From: Massalongia carnosa
Lineage: Eukaryota
DNA length: 64,000 nt
NCBI GenBank assembly: GCA_965645245.1
Contig: OZ287067.1
Coordinates: 3,658,001 to 3,722,000 of the forward strand
Reading direction: 5' to 3'
Below, in pieces: positions 24,610 to 39,400 of the stretch. The position numbers and the translations under genes were made by a program. The notes under the pieces were generated by a model. The model worked only from the letters and a program-made list of their open reading frames with translations, had not been told where the DNA came from and made no database searches. Positions within the stretch are counted from its first letter, which is position 1, and every line of letters starts with the position of its first letter.

Positions 24610-27600
24610 TATTGTAATTGAAGCTCTGCTGGCATAGTAAAAAGCTCACTTTTGAAACGATTGATATTTCTATCTACCTATCTAAGGACCGTGTTTATAT
24701 AGATAGAAAAACATGCCGAAAACCGTTCTTCCTCACCTTCCTGCTTCCTAGAAATCTAAGATTGGTGATTGACTCATATCCAATTTATGACTCGATGGGA
24801 ATGTTCATAGAAGTTTTGCGGTGCTTCTCGAGGTCGTTATGTGTTGCCTAATGTTCTTACCAACGCACTAATCCCAATGCGGTACTATGTGACTCTGAAC
24901 ACTTTACTAGGCATCAGCCGGGTGACTTTGCACATTACAACACTCCCACTGCAAAGTTGCCAGGTGAGTAATAATATCCTAAACGCCGGTTTCCAATCTG
25001 ATTTTGTGTGGCCTATGTGGTCAATTTAGGTGGCCTTATGATGAAGCGTCCTCCATCTTCCTATGCCTCTCTTAGGCCTAATTTCTCGCGCAACTTTCGA
25101 AAGATAGGTGCCGCCAGTGGTTTAGTGAAGATATCTGCCACCATATCGTGAGTGGATACGTACTGTATAGTGGCATAGTTGTCTTCAACGACCTCCCGAA
25201 GATAATGAAGCTGAATATCCATATGTTTGGACCGACTATGGTGCTCAGGGTTTTTTATCAAATCGAGCGTACCCTGGTTGTCGCCATTTAGGATAATTGG
25301 TAGGTTCATATCTTTGGAGAAGTTCAACTCTCCGAACCATCTAGTTGCCCACACTATATCTTTTGAAGCCTGGCACATGGAAGAATACTCTGCTTCCATG
25401 GTGGATGTGACGACTGACCGTTGCCTCTTACTGGCCCATATAACTGCCCCGTTTCCTAGCATCAGAACGTGGCCATATGATGATTTTCTATCATGGTTAT
25501 CACCATACGCTGCATCAGCATAACTAGTGGGTCCGGTGTCATTGGGTTCGTAGGTAAGTGCCAAATTCGTGGTCCCATTCAGATATTTCATGAGATGGTC
25601 TACCGCGTTTTGGTACCTAATTGCTGGATCGTGCGTATATTGACTAAGCTTTCCAACTGCTTGGGCAATGTCTGGTCGCGTGTTGATCATCAAAAACATC
25701 AAACTCCCTATCCGTTCTTGATATTCTAATTGGTTTGTCCTAGGTTCGTTGACGATGGCAGGACTGCATGCAGCATAGTTGATCATAGGGGTAAGGACTG
25801 AATTTGCTTTATCCATCTTATATTTCTGCAGGAAGCTGCGAATGTAAGATGATTGGTCAATCATTATTTTGTCTTTCTCGCGACGTATGCGAATCCCTAA
25901 GATGAACTTTGCTGGCCCTAAGTCTTTCATATTATATTCCTTTATTAGTAGACTTTTGAGCTCCTTTATGGCTGTCATGCTTTTGGAAAATATCAGAAAA
26001 TCATCAACATAAAGGCTAATGATAACGTGGGTAGTGTGATTAACGAACACACAATTGTCTCCTGAGAGCGCTTTGAAACCAATGGATGTTAGATAATTGG
26101 TTATCTTTTTATTCCATCCTCGGCCAGATTGTTTGAGACCATAGAGTCCTTTCAGAACGCGCAACACATGGTTCGTCAGATGTGGGGGAAGCACCAAGCC
26201 TTGGGGAGGCTCCATATAGATTTCGTCATCTAGGGAGCTTTGCAAGTATGCGTTTGGTGCGTCCATTTGCTCAATATAGAAGTTATATTTACATGCGAAA
26301 TATAGGAGCATTCGTAAGGATTCATACCTTAGGGTGGGTGAAAACGTGTCCCCATAGTCTGTCCCGGGGATTTGTTTGAAGCCCCTTGCTACTAATCGTG
26401 CTTTATAGCGGTCAACATGGTTAGTAGGGGTGTATTTCACTTTGAAGACCCATCTAGCGGTGATGATGTTCTTATCTGCTGGTCTTTCAACATATTTCCA
26501 TGTATTATTGGCGGCGAGAGCATTTAATTCGTCTTGAATAGCAATTTTCCATTTGCCTGATTATATGACTGCGGCTCGTACACTTTGGATGGTTGTTTTG
26601 CTATATTTGCCCGGTCCCGGTCCTTTTTGTTTCCATAAGAGTTATCGAATTCGTATCGGTTATACACATCTTTCCTGCGGTTGGAACGTCTGGTAGGTGA
26701 TGAAGAAGGGGTCCTATTTGTCTCCTGAGTTTGGTTGTTTTGGTGCTGGGCACCTGCATCATCTTGGTGCAGATTATCCTGAGCACCTGCATCATCATCC
26801 TGATGCTGAATACCATCGCCCTGGTGCTGATCACCATTAGTAGGTACTCCCACTTGATCAGTAGTAGGGTGGTTGGTTGGTGGTGAAGATTCATTGTCAT
26901 CGGAAGAGTCATCGTCATTTAGGACGACGGACGGGGATGATAGGCCTTTTGTAAGTAAGGATCCCCCCGGTCTTTTTTCATCAAACTTTATTGAAGTCTG
27001 AATTTCCACCTTTTTTGTTTCCACATTGTATAACCTATATTGATTGCTTGAATGATATCCGGTGAATATTGCCTGATATGACACATTATCTAGTTTGGAG
27101 CGTTTTTCCTTTGGGACATGCACAAAAGAGACGCATCCGAACGTACGAAGAGTGTTGATGTTAGGTCTTAGCCCGGTCCAAGACTCATTAGGCGACGTGG
27201 TGTTGGTGGTAGGTAAGAAGTTTCTGAGGTGGTTTGCTGCTACTGCTGCTTCCCCCCAGAAAGATTGTGGCAATTTGGCCCATACCAACATAGACCTTAC
27301 CATTTGAACAATGGTTCTATTGAATCTTTCGGCGACACCGTTCTGCTGGGGCGTGTATGCGGTGGTTGGCTCCATACGAATTCCTAATGGCTGAAGTTGC
27401 TCTGCGAGATATTTATACTCTTTGGCATTATCAGCACGAAAGCGAATGATTTTGAGCCCCTTTTCCAACTCGACCATTGCCTTCCAGTCTTTTATGATGC
27501 GGTATATGTCTGCCCTACTTTTCATACAGAAGAGCCAAGATTTTCGGGTATAGTCGTCTATCAAAGAAACGAAATAGGTATGCCCACCTAAACTGGCCTT

Positions 27601-29781
27601 CTTATATGGACCCCAAACGTCAGTATGTATTCTATCGAGTGGTCTATTTGCCTTCGAGAAAGGAATTTTGCTGATTGTACGGGTCATCTTAGTTAAATTG
27701 CAAATTTGGCACGGTAGGTCCAGAATTGCCTTTGAAAATTTCTTCCCTGTTGCTTGTTGAAGTCGTATATCATTGGGGTGCCCCAATCGTGTGTGCCATA
27801 ACCAATATTGGGCCTCATTGGTGGCCTCATTGGTGGTCTCTTTGGGTGCTCCCACTGGATCGCTATCGATGCAGTCAGGGGTAATAGGAGGAGGAGTTTT
27901 GGGTAGAATTTCGCCGGAGGAAAGCGAGGTCAGATATGTGGTTGATTTAAGGTTTGCCGGTGGTTCGGGGCCATCTAAATCATCATTTTCATCATGGGCT
28001 TCGAGGGCCACATGAGATGTGTGGAGGAAGTACGCCCGTCCCCTAAGAATTCCGGTAGCGACCAAAGTACCATCCCTGAAAATCTCGACACCTCTCCGGT
28101 TAAATGAAACGTTCAAACCCTTCCGATTAAGGGCTGCAATTGATAGCAAGTTGACGTCTAGTTCAGGCACGAATAGAACGTTTGTCATCCGGATATTTTT
28201 CCCATCGATATTGGTGCAAATCGTACCTACTCCTACGGAGAAGAGTTTTTCGCCGTTTGCAATTCTAATGGTGGTCCGGTATGGCTTGATTTGGGTAAAG
28301 ATCGATTTGTTGTATGTCATATGCCTGGAGGCTCCTGAGTCGATTACCCATCCAGGTGAGTGTTGATCATCTTGCGCCATCCACGCACTATTCTCACTAT
28401 CACTATTCGATTCATCCTTTGCTGCTCGTGCTGCCCCCCTTCCTCTCGGTTTGTTTTTGGACTGCTTGTTATCACTCTTTGGTTTTCGGTTATTTTCTGG
28501 TCTAGGTTTCACCTCATTAGGGTGTTCTTTGACCCATTTTTTACCTTCATCTGTGTTGTCCTGCCAGTCCCAGCAATCATTGCTATTATGCCTCTTTGGG
28601 CAATGTGAGCATTTGGGGATTGCCTTACCCTTGTTAATGGCCTTATTGGCCGTCTCGGTCTCTTGCCCATCTTTTAGTCGTTGCTCCACCCGTTTTAGGC
28701 TTTCCAGAGTCTTTTCTAATGTGGGATCACCAAGGTCTTCAAGGATGAACTTCGCGGTGTCATAAGCTGGGTCCTTAATGGCGTTCATGAGGGTCATGGC
28801 CACAGACAGATCTGATGGCTGTTCTGAAGTCTTTATATCTGCGATTTCCATCGCAAGGTTCTGCAATTCATTGGCGACCTCATCGATGGGTTGATCGACT
28901 GACATTTCATATGTATAGAATTTTCTGTGAAGCACAAATATTCTGCTTTTGGCTTTGACTCCATGGACGTTCCTCAATGCTGCCCAAACATCCTTTGCGG
29001 TCTCCTTGTTCCTAACAGTGACATATTGAGACTTTTCTATATTGCCCCTGATCCAGAGCTGTGCCTGAGTGTCATCAGTAAACCATTCCTCATAGTCTTT
29101 TGGATGGGTGACAGGGTCTGGAGAAGAAATGGCCCCGTTTACTATCCTCCACATCCTTTTCGATTTGAGAAGAAGTTGCATGTCATCGGCCCAGGTCAGA
29201 TAGTTGTTGGACCCAAGCTTCGGCTCTACTTTATAGTCTCCTTTTCGAATGGCTTTTGAATATGATCCATCAGGGGTTGTGCCCTCTTTCGCGGGAGCTG
29301 CGGAATCGCTCTCTTTTCCAGACATGGTCCAATAATAGGAGAACTGATGGATGGAACGAAGAGAAGTATGGCTTCGTAACTTTGAAAAACAACAGAATAG
29401 ATAGATTAATTTATGCGGAAGAAAAAATTGCTTTCCGGGCTCATAACCTATTGTAATTGAAGCTCTGCTGGCATAGTAAAAAGCTCACTTTTGAAACGAT
29501 TGATATTTCTATCTACCTATCTAAGGACCGTGTTTATATAGATAGAAAAACATGCCGAAAACCGTTCTTCCTCACCTTCCTGCTTCCTAGAAATCTAAGA
29601 TTGGTGATTGACTCATATCCAATTTATGACTCGATGGGAATGTTCATAGAAGTTTTGCGGTGCTTCTCGAGGTCGTTATGTGTTGCCTAATGTTCTTACC
29701 AACGCACTAATCCCAATGCGGTACTATGTGACTCTGAACACTTTACTAGGCATCAGCCGGGTGACTTTGCACATTACAACA
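24610..29781 (-). mobile_element. Full-length Ty1/Copia element (Copia-1) with TG..TA LTRs
   Basis: 333-bp LTRs 24610-24942 and 29449-29781, no difference seen; TSD ACAGG; PBS GGTTATGAGCCC; PPT AGTGGGAG. Confidence 0.96.
25061..29325 (-). pseudogene. Copia-1 gag-pol polyprotein, single frameshift at ~26554
   Basis: CSHC..H..C knuckle, WVIDSGAS protease, WHTRLGH..CQIC, HTDVWGP/ADNAKE/GVAER integrase, YVDD RT, ADIFTKPL RNase H. Confidence 0.95.
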
Positions 29782-30127
29782 ACAGGTACGTACTCACCTT
29801 AAGATTAATTCATAGCTAATCATTGAGAGCAGGGTCGAAGATATCTGACAGAGCGACAGTATCAAATTATCGTTCCTCATTTCGAGCATATAGCTCCAGC
29901 TCCATCGTCGCATACTCCAGTTCTTAGAAAGTTGTTCACCCGCCCATTATGGACGTATCCTCAAAGACGATGTCCTCTTCCTCTACGCATTCCATTAGGA
30001 GAGCTAACACCACTTTCGGAAGGGGAGAGAACACCAGTGTGCTATGATTCTGATGACTTTCCGTACGAAAAAGACGATGCATTATCGGAAGAAAGAGAGG
30101 AAGTCGAGAATACATTAGCGGAAGAGC

Positions 30128-30390
30128 TGTCATGGAGTGACTGGGCACCTGGACTAAGCCTAATCCGATTCAGTTAGGGCAACCGTAAGTGCCAATAGTG
30201 TCATGATAAGGACTCGGGTGGAAATTGGATCAACATCCGGATTGGGACTAGTTCCACTCGGCAGTCTTATACTCGCCCACGTTTGATTTTCTGTTTCTTT
30301 TCTCCTTGTCGAACGTCTTTTCCACCTAGCTAGACAATCAAGTAATACGTTTGCACCATCTGAATTTCTACCTGACCTCGCACCGTGACA
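30128..30390 (+). mobile_element. Solo LTR (263 bp)
   Basis: TGTCA...TGACA, TSD AGAGC; related to 63086-63430. Confidence 0.9.
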
Positions 30391-30859
30391 AGAGCGACAA
30401 GAAGTCGAGAATACATCAGTGGATGAGCGACAGGAAGCTGATAATATACTAGCGGAGGAGCAAATTTGGAGCATGCTTACGCCGCGGAATGGGTTGGGTT
30501 GGGTTATTAAAATAGGAACCCAACCCAATGGGTTTTGGGTTGGGTTGGGTTATCGTTGGGTTACCCAACAGAAAAACTCTGCGAGTGTAAATGATGACTA
30601 CTAGCATGACTACCACAAAACACGAATGTAACATTTATCACATGAGTTAGGATTTTCAATCATTGTAGATTTATTTTAATGGACTAGCACAAAGTAAAAT
30701 GTAGATTATAGATAAAACATTTGTTTCGTTGACGTCGAACTACCATAAAGACTATCACAAATTCATATGCTATCTTCTATCGAATATCGAAGTATGTCGC
30801 CCATTTATCGCTTCCTATTCAAATCTCGTAAAGAAAGTCTCTCGCCATCTCTTCCTTTA

Positions 30860-31050
30860 TTCTCTACCTTCTTGTCACCCCCACCCTCACCACCCCCCTC
30901 CTCTACCTCATCCTCTACCGCACCCTCCTCCTCCTCCTCCTCCTCTACCTCATCCACTACACTCTCTTCCTCCTCCTCCTCCTCTATCTCATCTACTACA
31001 CCCTCCTCCATCACACCCTCCTCTATCATACCATCCTTCACCTCCTCGCT
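30860..31050. repeat. Pyrimidine-rich low-complexity tract (CCT-rich)
   Basis: (TCC)n runs. Confidence 0.8.
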
Positions 31051-33441
31051 TGATGGAAGCCTACCCCTTCTTGTGCGCGTTTCAATCCTCTTATTCCTAT
31101 CGCGTTGCTCGGAAATAGAGTTTCTGTTATTGTAAGTTCGTTTCTTACTTTTCTGTAGAATAATTAGCTCAAGAAGACACGAAAGTAAGTGACTCGATGC
31201 TTACATCTCGCGCTGAGACCTGCTCAACCTGCGATAACCCGATCTGCGTTAACTGGTCCTCGTCATTGTTATCGTCTTCTTCATCACTAATGTAGACCTT
31301 CTGAAAAACCTGTGTTAGGTCTTCATGTCGCCTTTGCATCTCATTAGTCAAATCCTCAAGACTCATGCTTTCCTCTTCTTCTAAATCTACGTGTAAACTT
31401 GCATCTGCATCCTCCTTCTGATCGTAGAAACGAACAATCATCATCGCAGAAAATGTATCCGGATGAAAATTCTTGCGATGATCGTAAAGGGCTCCCGCAA
31501 CGCTAAAAACGCGCTCACATCCAACGCCAGCGGCTGGTACAGCAAGGATGTCCCTGGCCACCATACTCATTTGTGGAAATTCCGGCTCGAGATCTTTCCA
31601 CTGTTGTAGAATAGGACCCGAACGATCATTCATCGCTGTATATTGTAAATAAGTTGAACACAATGAGAAAAGACCTGATTTATTGCATCAGTTAACGTAC
31701 CTCGCTGACGATAGCAGTTGAACTCGTCATCTAGAGCGAGCGGAGTAGCATTATTCGTACTCAGAAGAAGATCCAGATTATTCAAGTCTCGAATGACCGC
31801 GATATTACGCCCGCGTACTTGTGAGGTTTGAGAATTCTCGTAGATATCGAATTCCGCTTCCAGAGATTGCCAATATTGATCTTCCCATCGACTTTCCCCA
31901 TAGGGCGCATCCCAATTGGAACCCTTGAAAATCAGGTCCTTCTTATTGGGAGATAGCAATGCCGCCTTTCCATACAGATAACCTAATGACCCCTGAGTTT
32001 TAGAATAGTATTGACGTAATTTCGTTGCAGCCGCCTCGATGCCATTCAATAGCGCACGTTTCCACGATACTCGCTTACGAGATAATCTTGCGCGAGCTTG
32101 ATCCAGATGATCGAACAGCTTATTGTAGATCTCGAACACCTGATGAATGGTCAGTTGCTTTGATTGACCAATTATCTTTGTAAAGACACAGAATAGCTTC
32201 GTTAAATCGATAAGATATTCTATCTGTGACCATTCCACGTCGAGCAATCTCAAATACTCGGCTTCATGTTTATCATGATATCTATTCAGCGCTTGTCGCA
32301 ACTTGAGCGCTCGAATTAACATGTGACATGTGGAGTCCCATCGAGTATTAACATCTTGAAAAAGCTTAGGTACTGTACCGCTGACAAAGTTTCCAGTGCG
32401 TCTCTCTTCGTCATTCAAAGCTCGTTGAACAGCGTAGAAGTTCTCCTTACGTAAACTGCTACTGTTAATGTAAACAGCTAATGCTCGAACCTAATCGAAA
32501 TTTAGAACGACTACCACAACGACTACCACAGAATAAATCTTACCTTAGCTAGCGTAAGGGGAAATCCAGGTGTCGGGTTTTCGAAATCCCGTCTATCTTG
32601 CTTATCATCCCAGCTAGTTATGAAATCGGCATTTTTGGGATTAATGTGAATACACCCAAGTAGCTGTTTCACGACAAGTTGAATTACATGCGATAAACAA
32701 GGCACTCGCTGTATCTCATTAGCATCAGTGTGTAGAAGTGCCAAGGCTCGATTGCTTCGTATCATTCGTCGCAGCTCATCTACCATCGTTGTGTTATTAG
32801 ATACACTGTCAGTGGCTAATGCCAAAACACGATCTTCAATAGAATGTCTGATTAAAACGCTGTTCAATACTTCAGCAAGTTTTATTCCCGTGTTTGAGCC
32901 TTCAACGTGTTCGAAGGCAAGAAGCACTTCGTGATAATTCCATTTATCGTCAATAAAGTAAGCATTGATAGCCAGATAACCTTGACGATTAAATGACGAC
33001 CAACAATCCAAAGCCAGAGAGACCTTTGAACTACCCCTAGGTAGCCTCTCGAGCAAAAGCGGAATAATATCTTGACTTCGGGTCATCAAGCGATTCTTGA
33101 TTGTCGATGGTGAAGGAAACTGTACATTATCGAGCAGACAGTTGAATGCTCTTTGCAATTCGACATTGGCGACACTTCGTAACGGTAGCCCAAGAGCAAC
33201 AATCATACGGAGCAATTGAGGCGTGAAATCATCCTTTTTTAGTCTACGCCCGTTGAGAGTTAAAGAATCTTGTCTTTTTGCTTCAATCTAATATTGATTA
33301 GCAAAGCACGTAATGTGGTAATCGTGCCATGCCTCACCCCCTAGCGGGGGTGCTGGCCACCCAAATGACGTACACCACCCATATGACGTTTTTTTCGATT
33401 TTTGACTTCAACTATTTCAACGATCATCATTCAACAACACA

Positions 33442-35157
33442 ATGCCTACCAGTTATGAAGAGTTGGAGCATTATATTTAGGATGCCCTGGATGCTATTGG
33501 CGATGGCGAATACCGCTTTGCAACCGATGTTGCCGTCGCATTCAACGTCAAAGTCAGAACTCTTCAGAGACGCATTGCTGGAAGCCATACTTCCTTCTTT
33601 GAACGTGAGCCTCATGGTCATACTCTAACTGACGATCAAAGAGGTGCAATAGTCATATATTTGACAAGACTGGATAAACTATCGATTTCTGCGCGCATTA
33701 GGCATCTGCGGGGTGCAGCAAATTACCTTCTTGCTGAGGCGAATCCTGTCGATCCTCCCCGAGTCGGACAGCACTGGCGAGCACGATTTCTAGCTCAGCA
33801 CCCTCAATTTCATAGGAGGAAGCAGACACATCTTGCAGTCGAAAGGAAGACTTCCCTTACAAACGATGTTGCAAAGGCTTACTTCCATGAATTTCGTCAA
33901 ATTTGTCACGAGAAGGGGATCGGACCCGAAGATATTTGGAACATGGACGAGTCAGGCTTTCGGATAGGCGTTGGCAGGGGTCATACTGTCATCACATTGC
34001 TTGCCAAAGGTCCTGTTCGTGTTACTGATCGGGGTGTACGTGATCTGATCAGTGACGTTGAAAGTATTAGTGGTGGAGGAGCGACGATCCCTCCGATGCT
34101 CATCGTGCCCGGAGTTTATATTCTAAATAAATGGGTGCAAGAAAACGACCTCGACGACGATATACTGCTTGCTACTACTTCCTCTGGGTATTCCGATGAT
34201 GTTAAGGCTTATGAGTGGATACAGCACTTTGAAAAACATAGTCGGAAGACTCAGGTAGGTGGCTGGAGACTCCTTATCATGGACAATTATGGATCTCATC
34301 TTACATACGAATTTATTGAGTACTGCAATCACAAGAATATCATCTTGTTCGGTCTTCCCCCGCATTCTACACATGTTACTCAGCCATTGGATGTGGGAAT
34401 ATTTCAGCCCATGAAGCACTATCATTCCGATGTAATTGACGATGCTGTTCGACTCGGGAGCGATAATTTCAACAAACAAGACTTTTTTGCCGCTTTCACA
34501 GACATGCGAGCAAAGGCCTTTACTAGATCAAATATTCTATCGGCCTTCGAACACACTGGTCTAATTCCTTACTCACCCAAGATAGTGCTAGATAAAATAA
34601 GTGGCTGGCAACCCCCTTCAAAGGAGCCAACTCCGGACCCTTTCGGCTCGTCACCATCCTTTCAAGGCACTCCACATGGTCCTAAGCAGTTGTTTAGACG
34701 CGGAAGGGAGTTACAAAGAGATCTAGAAGACTTACATCTGCCGGAGGATCGTCGTAAAAAGATGGATCAATATTTAAAAGGGTCGCTCAAAGCTGCGAAT
34801 TCGCTAGCGTTGGCGGAGCGAGATATTGCAGCCACTCAAAATCATCACAAACAACGCTCAAAAAGAGAAGCACTAGATGGATCGCTTGCTCAAAAGGGCG
34901 GTGTTATAACTGTGGGCGACGCAAGAGGAAAAATTAAGGCCTGGAGGATAGAGAAAGTGGCTAAGCATAATAGAGCGAAGGAGCGGCAAGAGAGGATCGA
35001 TGCAAATGCACGAAATAAGTGGAATAAACAGTGCGCCAAAGGCTTCAAATTGATAGGTAAGAAAGCTGATCAGTGGATCAACACCTGGATAGAGTTATTA
35101 GACATAGAATATGAGGATGGGGCTACCTTTGAGGAGGTAATAGAACTTTTTAATTAA
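33442..35157 (+). pseudogene. pogo/Fot1 DDD transposase with one premature stop (TAG 33478-33480)
   Basis: HTH region, NMDESGF, LLIMDNYGSH, LPPHSTH..QPLDVGIF. Confidence 0.94.
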
Positions 35158-36493
35158 AAACGTCATATGGGTGGTGTACAGTCCCGTGCCAAAAGTCTGC
35201 GGCCCAACCCATGATTTTCGTGATTTCGCGTTTTCAACTCATCAACCCCCCATCTTCCACCTTATCATTTCACCATGCTTCGTGCTTCTTTGACCCCCAT
35301 AAGTGGTAATCGGCCTCGTAACACTGAATTGACGCCATATCAATGTGGTATGATTGTTGGGGCCCAGGCGTTGGGGCACACACCGACCGAGATTGGGAAG
35401 ACTCTTAATTTCACTAAATCGACCGTGCAGAGCACCATTCAGAAGCACTCAATTCGCAACGACGGCGTGTCTAAATCACGTTCTGGACGGCCTGAAGTGC
35501 TGTCAGAACGCGATCGACGTTATATCATCAAGCATGCACGAATCAATCCACGAATCACTTATGCACAAATCAAACTAGAAGTGGGGCTCGGCTGCAGTCG
35601 TACGACTATTTATCGGGCACTCAAACTGTATGGTTTAACCAACTGGGTGGCTAAAAAACGACCTTTATTGACGCCTGAGGTGGCCAAGAAACGATTGGAT
35701 TGGTGCTTGCTGCGGCGTGAGTGGACTTTTGAGCAGTGGTCAAGAGTTATATGGTCAGATGAGTGCTCGGTGGAAAAGGGGTCAGGAAAACAGCGTCAGT
35801 GGGTGTTCAGATTGCCAAAAGAAAAATGGAATAAAGAGATGATACAACCTGTCCCCAAAGGCAAAGGAGTCAGTGTCATGGTCTGGGCAGCTTTTTGGGG
35901 AGATGACAGGTCAGATCTTTACAAATTGGCTCGTGATTTTGCTGCGAAGAAGATGGGGTACTCTGTCACGAAATCAGGTCGAGGGCAAGGGCAAAGGCAA
36001 GGTGGGTTGATGGTCAAGCTTATTGATTGAGTCTATAGCTATGAATCTAGGCTAGGCTAGGTTGGCTATTCAAGACGTTCGACAAAGAATCAGAACTTCC
36101 ATGATTCGACTTCTATCTTATATCTTTGTCCTCCCATATTCATCTTTCTAGGGTGGCGGCGAATGATGTCTAGTCAGTGCGATGATGAATGAGGGGCATT
36201 ATAGCGGCAATAAGCACGATGGGGTCAGCGAGGAGACGGGAGATGTCAAACATCAATGCGAAGCTATTAGACATGATAATAGTCGAAAGACGGGAATAAA
36301 TCATCAATGCGAGGCTGATTAATGATCAGTAATCGGCGAATTCGAAGAATGATATGAGGGTCCCGAAGGCATGGCACGACGTCCGTGAGTAGTCATCAGA
36401 TCAAGGCACGTGATAGAGGCACGTGGTGAGGTCGGAGGCATTTCATGACAGTAGCTCCCCCTTCAAGGCAGAGCTCCTGCGATGCCATCTTAT

Positions 36494-39400
36494 CTATGCC
36501 TCGTGGCATTGGCAACGGGGAATTTGACAGGGGTTTAGATGAGGGCCGGCCGCATTGGGATAGGCTTGGTGGTATTCGTCTATGACTTGCTGACAATTGA
36601 TGAGATAGTTGAAAGGCTCCCAGGTGGAAGGATGCCCTTCCCAATCCACTAGGTATTTCAGAAGCGGGGGTTGAAAACGTCGGTCGAGCTTGGAATTCAA
36701 TACCCTATTGACATACCATTCTCGTTGGCCATCTTCGGCGATGACGGGGTCTCTAGGCTCCGGTCTCTGCCCGGGGAGGGGGTCATTGGCATCATGCTGC
36801 AACAGATTGACGTGAAAGACGGGATGGATTTTGACGGTATCGGGAAGCTCCAGCTGTATGATCAAGGGGTTGGAAAACACCTTGCTGACGCGGTAGGGGC
36901 CGATATTTCGGTCATCCAGCTTGACTGTGGGGCGAGCGGTTTGGATATTTCTGGTGCTTAGCCACACCATATTGCCAACGAAATAGCGGGGGCAGGGACG
37001 TCGGTTAGCATTTGCAGTTGCTTCGTACGAAGCTTGGGCCATCAGCATTTCGTCTCGAAGATGAGTGTCGATATCCTGCATCTTATTCACGAACTGATTG
37101 GCTGCAACTAGGTTTGCTCTGCCCTGAGCGGTTAGGTCTTGCGGCAGGGGTTCCTCCGGTTCAAATCCCATGCGGGGATGTTGCCCGAAGTTGGCTAGGA
37201 AGGGGGAGGCCAGGATACTAGATGAATCGGTGTTATTGCTGGCGAATTCGGCGCCAGGAAGCCATTGTGCCCAGTCATCCTGCATGTAGTTGACATAAGC
37301 CCTTAGGTAGTGCTCCATGGTGGCGTTGGCTCGCTCGGTCTGCCCGTCGGTCTCCGGGTGGTATCCGGTGGATAGCTTGGCGTCGATTTTCAGCCTCTTG
37401 CACATGAGCTGCCAGAAATCGGAGACGAATTGGGGGCCACGATCAGAAACCATGGCTTCGGGAAGCCCATGTACTTTCCAGACATTCTGATAGAACGCAT
37501 CGGCGGCGTCTTCAACTTCCATGGACGTGATAGGAATGAAATGTCGCATCTTGGACAGGCGATCTATAACCACCAAGATGTAGCGATAAGTGATTCCCAT
37601 GAAGGTGCTGGGGGTCAGGGGGCCTACATAATCCATGGAAATATCCCGCCATCTGCGCTCGGGGGGGGGGAGTGGGCGTAGCCAGCCCTGATAGCGCTGG
37701 CGGGATGGTTTTGATCTTCTGCAAGTGTGGCAGTTTCGGATAAATCGCTTGATGGACTGATGCATGCTGGGCCACCAGTAGGATCGATTTACCAACTCAT
37801 GGCATTTGGAACGGCCCGGATGTCCGCCGGCGACGCTATCGTGAGCGAGTTGAATGATACGAAGCCTCAGACGATCGGATCGAGGTACGTATTTCTTGTT
37901 TCGAAAATACAAGATACCGTCCCTATCTTCGCATTCGGCTAATTGGATTCGATTGTGATGCCTCTCGTTATTACGAAGGGCTTCCAGGACTTCGGGGGCG
38001 AATTGGTCTCGTGTCAGGGCTTGTTCCCAGAGGAGCTCCGTGGAGATATCCTCATCGGGATCGATGAGGTCCTCATCTAGCTGAGGTTCTGCTTCTTCGA
38101 TATCTGCATCATCTAGGAAAGCTGGTGCCAGAAGAATGGATCGCAAATAACTTTTTGCGACTTCCTCATCCAGGTTTTCGGTTTTCAAAATGGTTTGGTG
38201 TTGAAATTTCCTTCGCTCGTCCGTATCATCCCCTTCTTTAGGAAGATCTCCCGATCGACGAGTTAGAGCGTCCGGTTTTCCTCCGGCTTTTCCTGGTCGA
38301 TAGACTATCTTGAAGTCAAATCGAGAGAGAAATTCGCTCCATCTAGCTTGGCGACGGCTGAGCTGCTTGGTGGAGGCAAAATACTCCAGGTTTTTGTGGT
38401 CGGATATGACGCTGATGGGGAAGGCAGATCCTTCTAGTTCGGGTCGCCATTCTTCAAAACATCGAACGATTGCCATCAGTTCTTTGTCATAGATCTCGTA
38501 GTTGCACTCGGCGGGATTGTGCTTCTTTGAGAAGTAGGCGACGGGGTGAAGTATCCCATCATCGTCGTATTGAGAAAGAATGCCCCCCGAAACATAGTCG
38601 GAGGCATCGGTTTCGACGATGATGGGACGATCGGGGTCGAAATGCCTGAGAATGACATCGGAGGTGAAAGCTTTTTTCAGCATTTCGAATGCCAATTGGC
38701 ATTTGTCAGTCCACAGGAATTCCGTCTCCTTCTTGGTCAGGTTGGTTAGGGGGCCAGCTATGTCGCTAAACCCATACACGAATCGTCTATAAAAGTTAGC
38801 AAAACCCAGAAAGCTTTGCACATCTTTCACATTGACGAGGTTTGGCCAATTGACGACGGTTTCCACCTTGGCCGGGTCCATTTTTATCCCTTCGGTGGTC
38901 ACGATCATCCCTAGGTATGCAATTTCGGTGACATGGAACTTGCACTTGGTGATGTCGGCTTGCAGGCCTGCATCTCGGAGTCGAGACAGGATTTTTTTGA
39001 CGTGGACCTCGTGCTCCAGCTCATTGTCACTGTAGATGAGGATATCATCTAGGTACGCAGTGCAAAAGTCAGCAAGATACTCGTGAAGCGTATCGTTGAT
39101 GAAGTGCTGAAATGAGGCGGGCCCGTTGCATAGGCCGAAGGGTAGGACCAAGGACTCGAAAAGGCCGAAACGAGTGCGAAAAGCGGTGAGTTCTTCGTCT
39201 CCTTCTCGTATGCGGAGCATATTGAAGGCGGCGATGATGTCTATCTTGGTGAATATCTTGGCTTTGATTAATTGGTGCAGGGTCTCGGCGATCAAGGGCA
39301 GCGGATAGCGATCCTTAATCGTGATGGCATTCAGAGCACGATAATCCACGCAAAATCGAAGTCCCCCACCTGGCTTTTTCACGAACATCACCGGGGAGGC

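Larger units (their letters stand above)
11418..30478 (+). mobile_element. Mutator-like element (MULE), interrupted four times, right end missing
   Basis: Left terminal repeat 11418-11473; removing insertions rejoins RYLVK|CDHCDFRIRAS..(intron)..MIPH|TC; no matching right TIR in window. Confidence 0.8.

Noticed and set aside
30490..30566. Telomere-like GGGTT repeats
   Set aside because: Not TTAGGG, short, mixed orientation; better explained as transposon subterminal repeats
30729..31135. Pro/Ser/Glu-rich ORFs in three frames
   Set aside because: Artefact of a low-complexity (TCC)n tract
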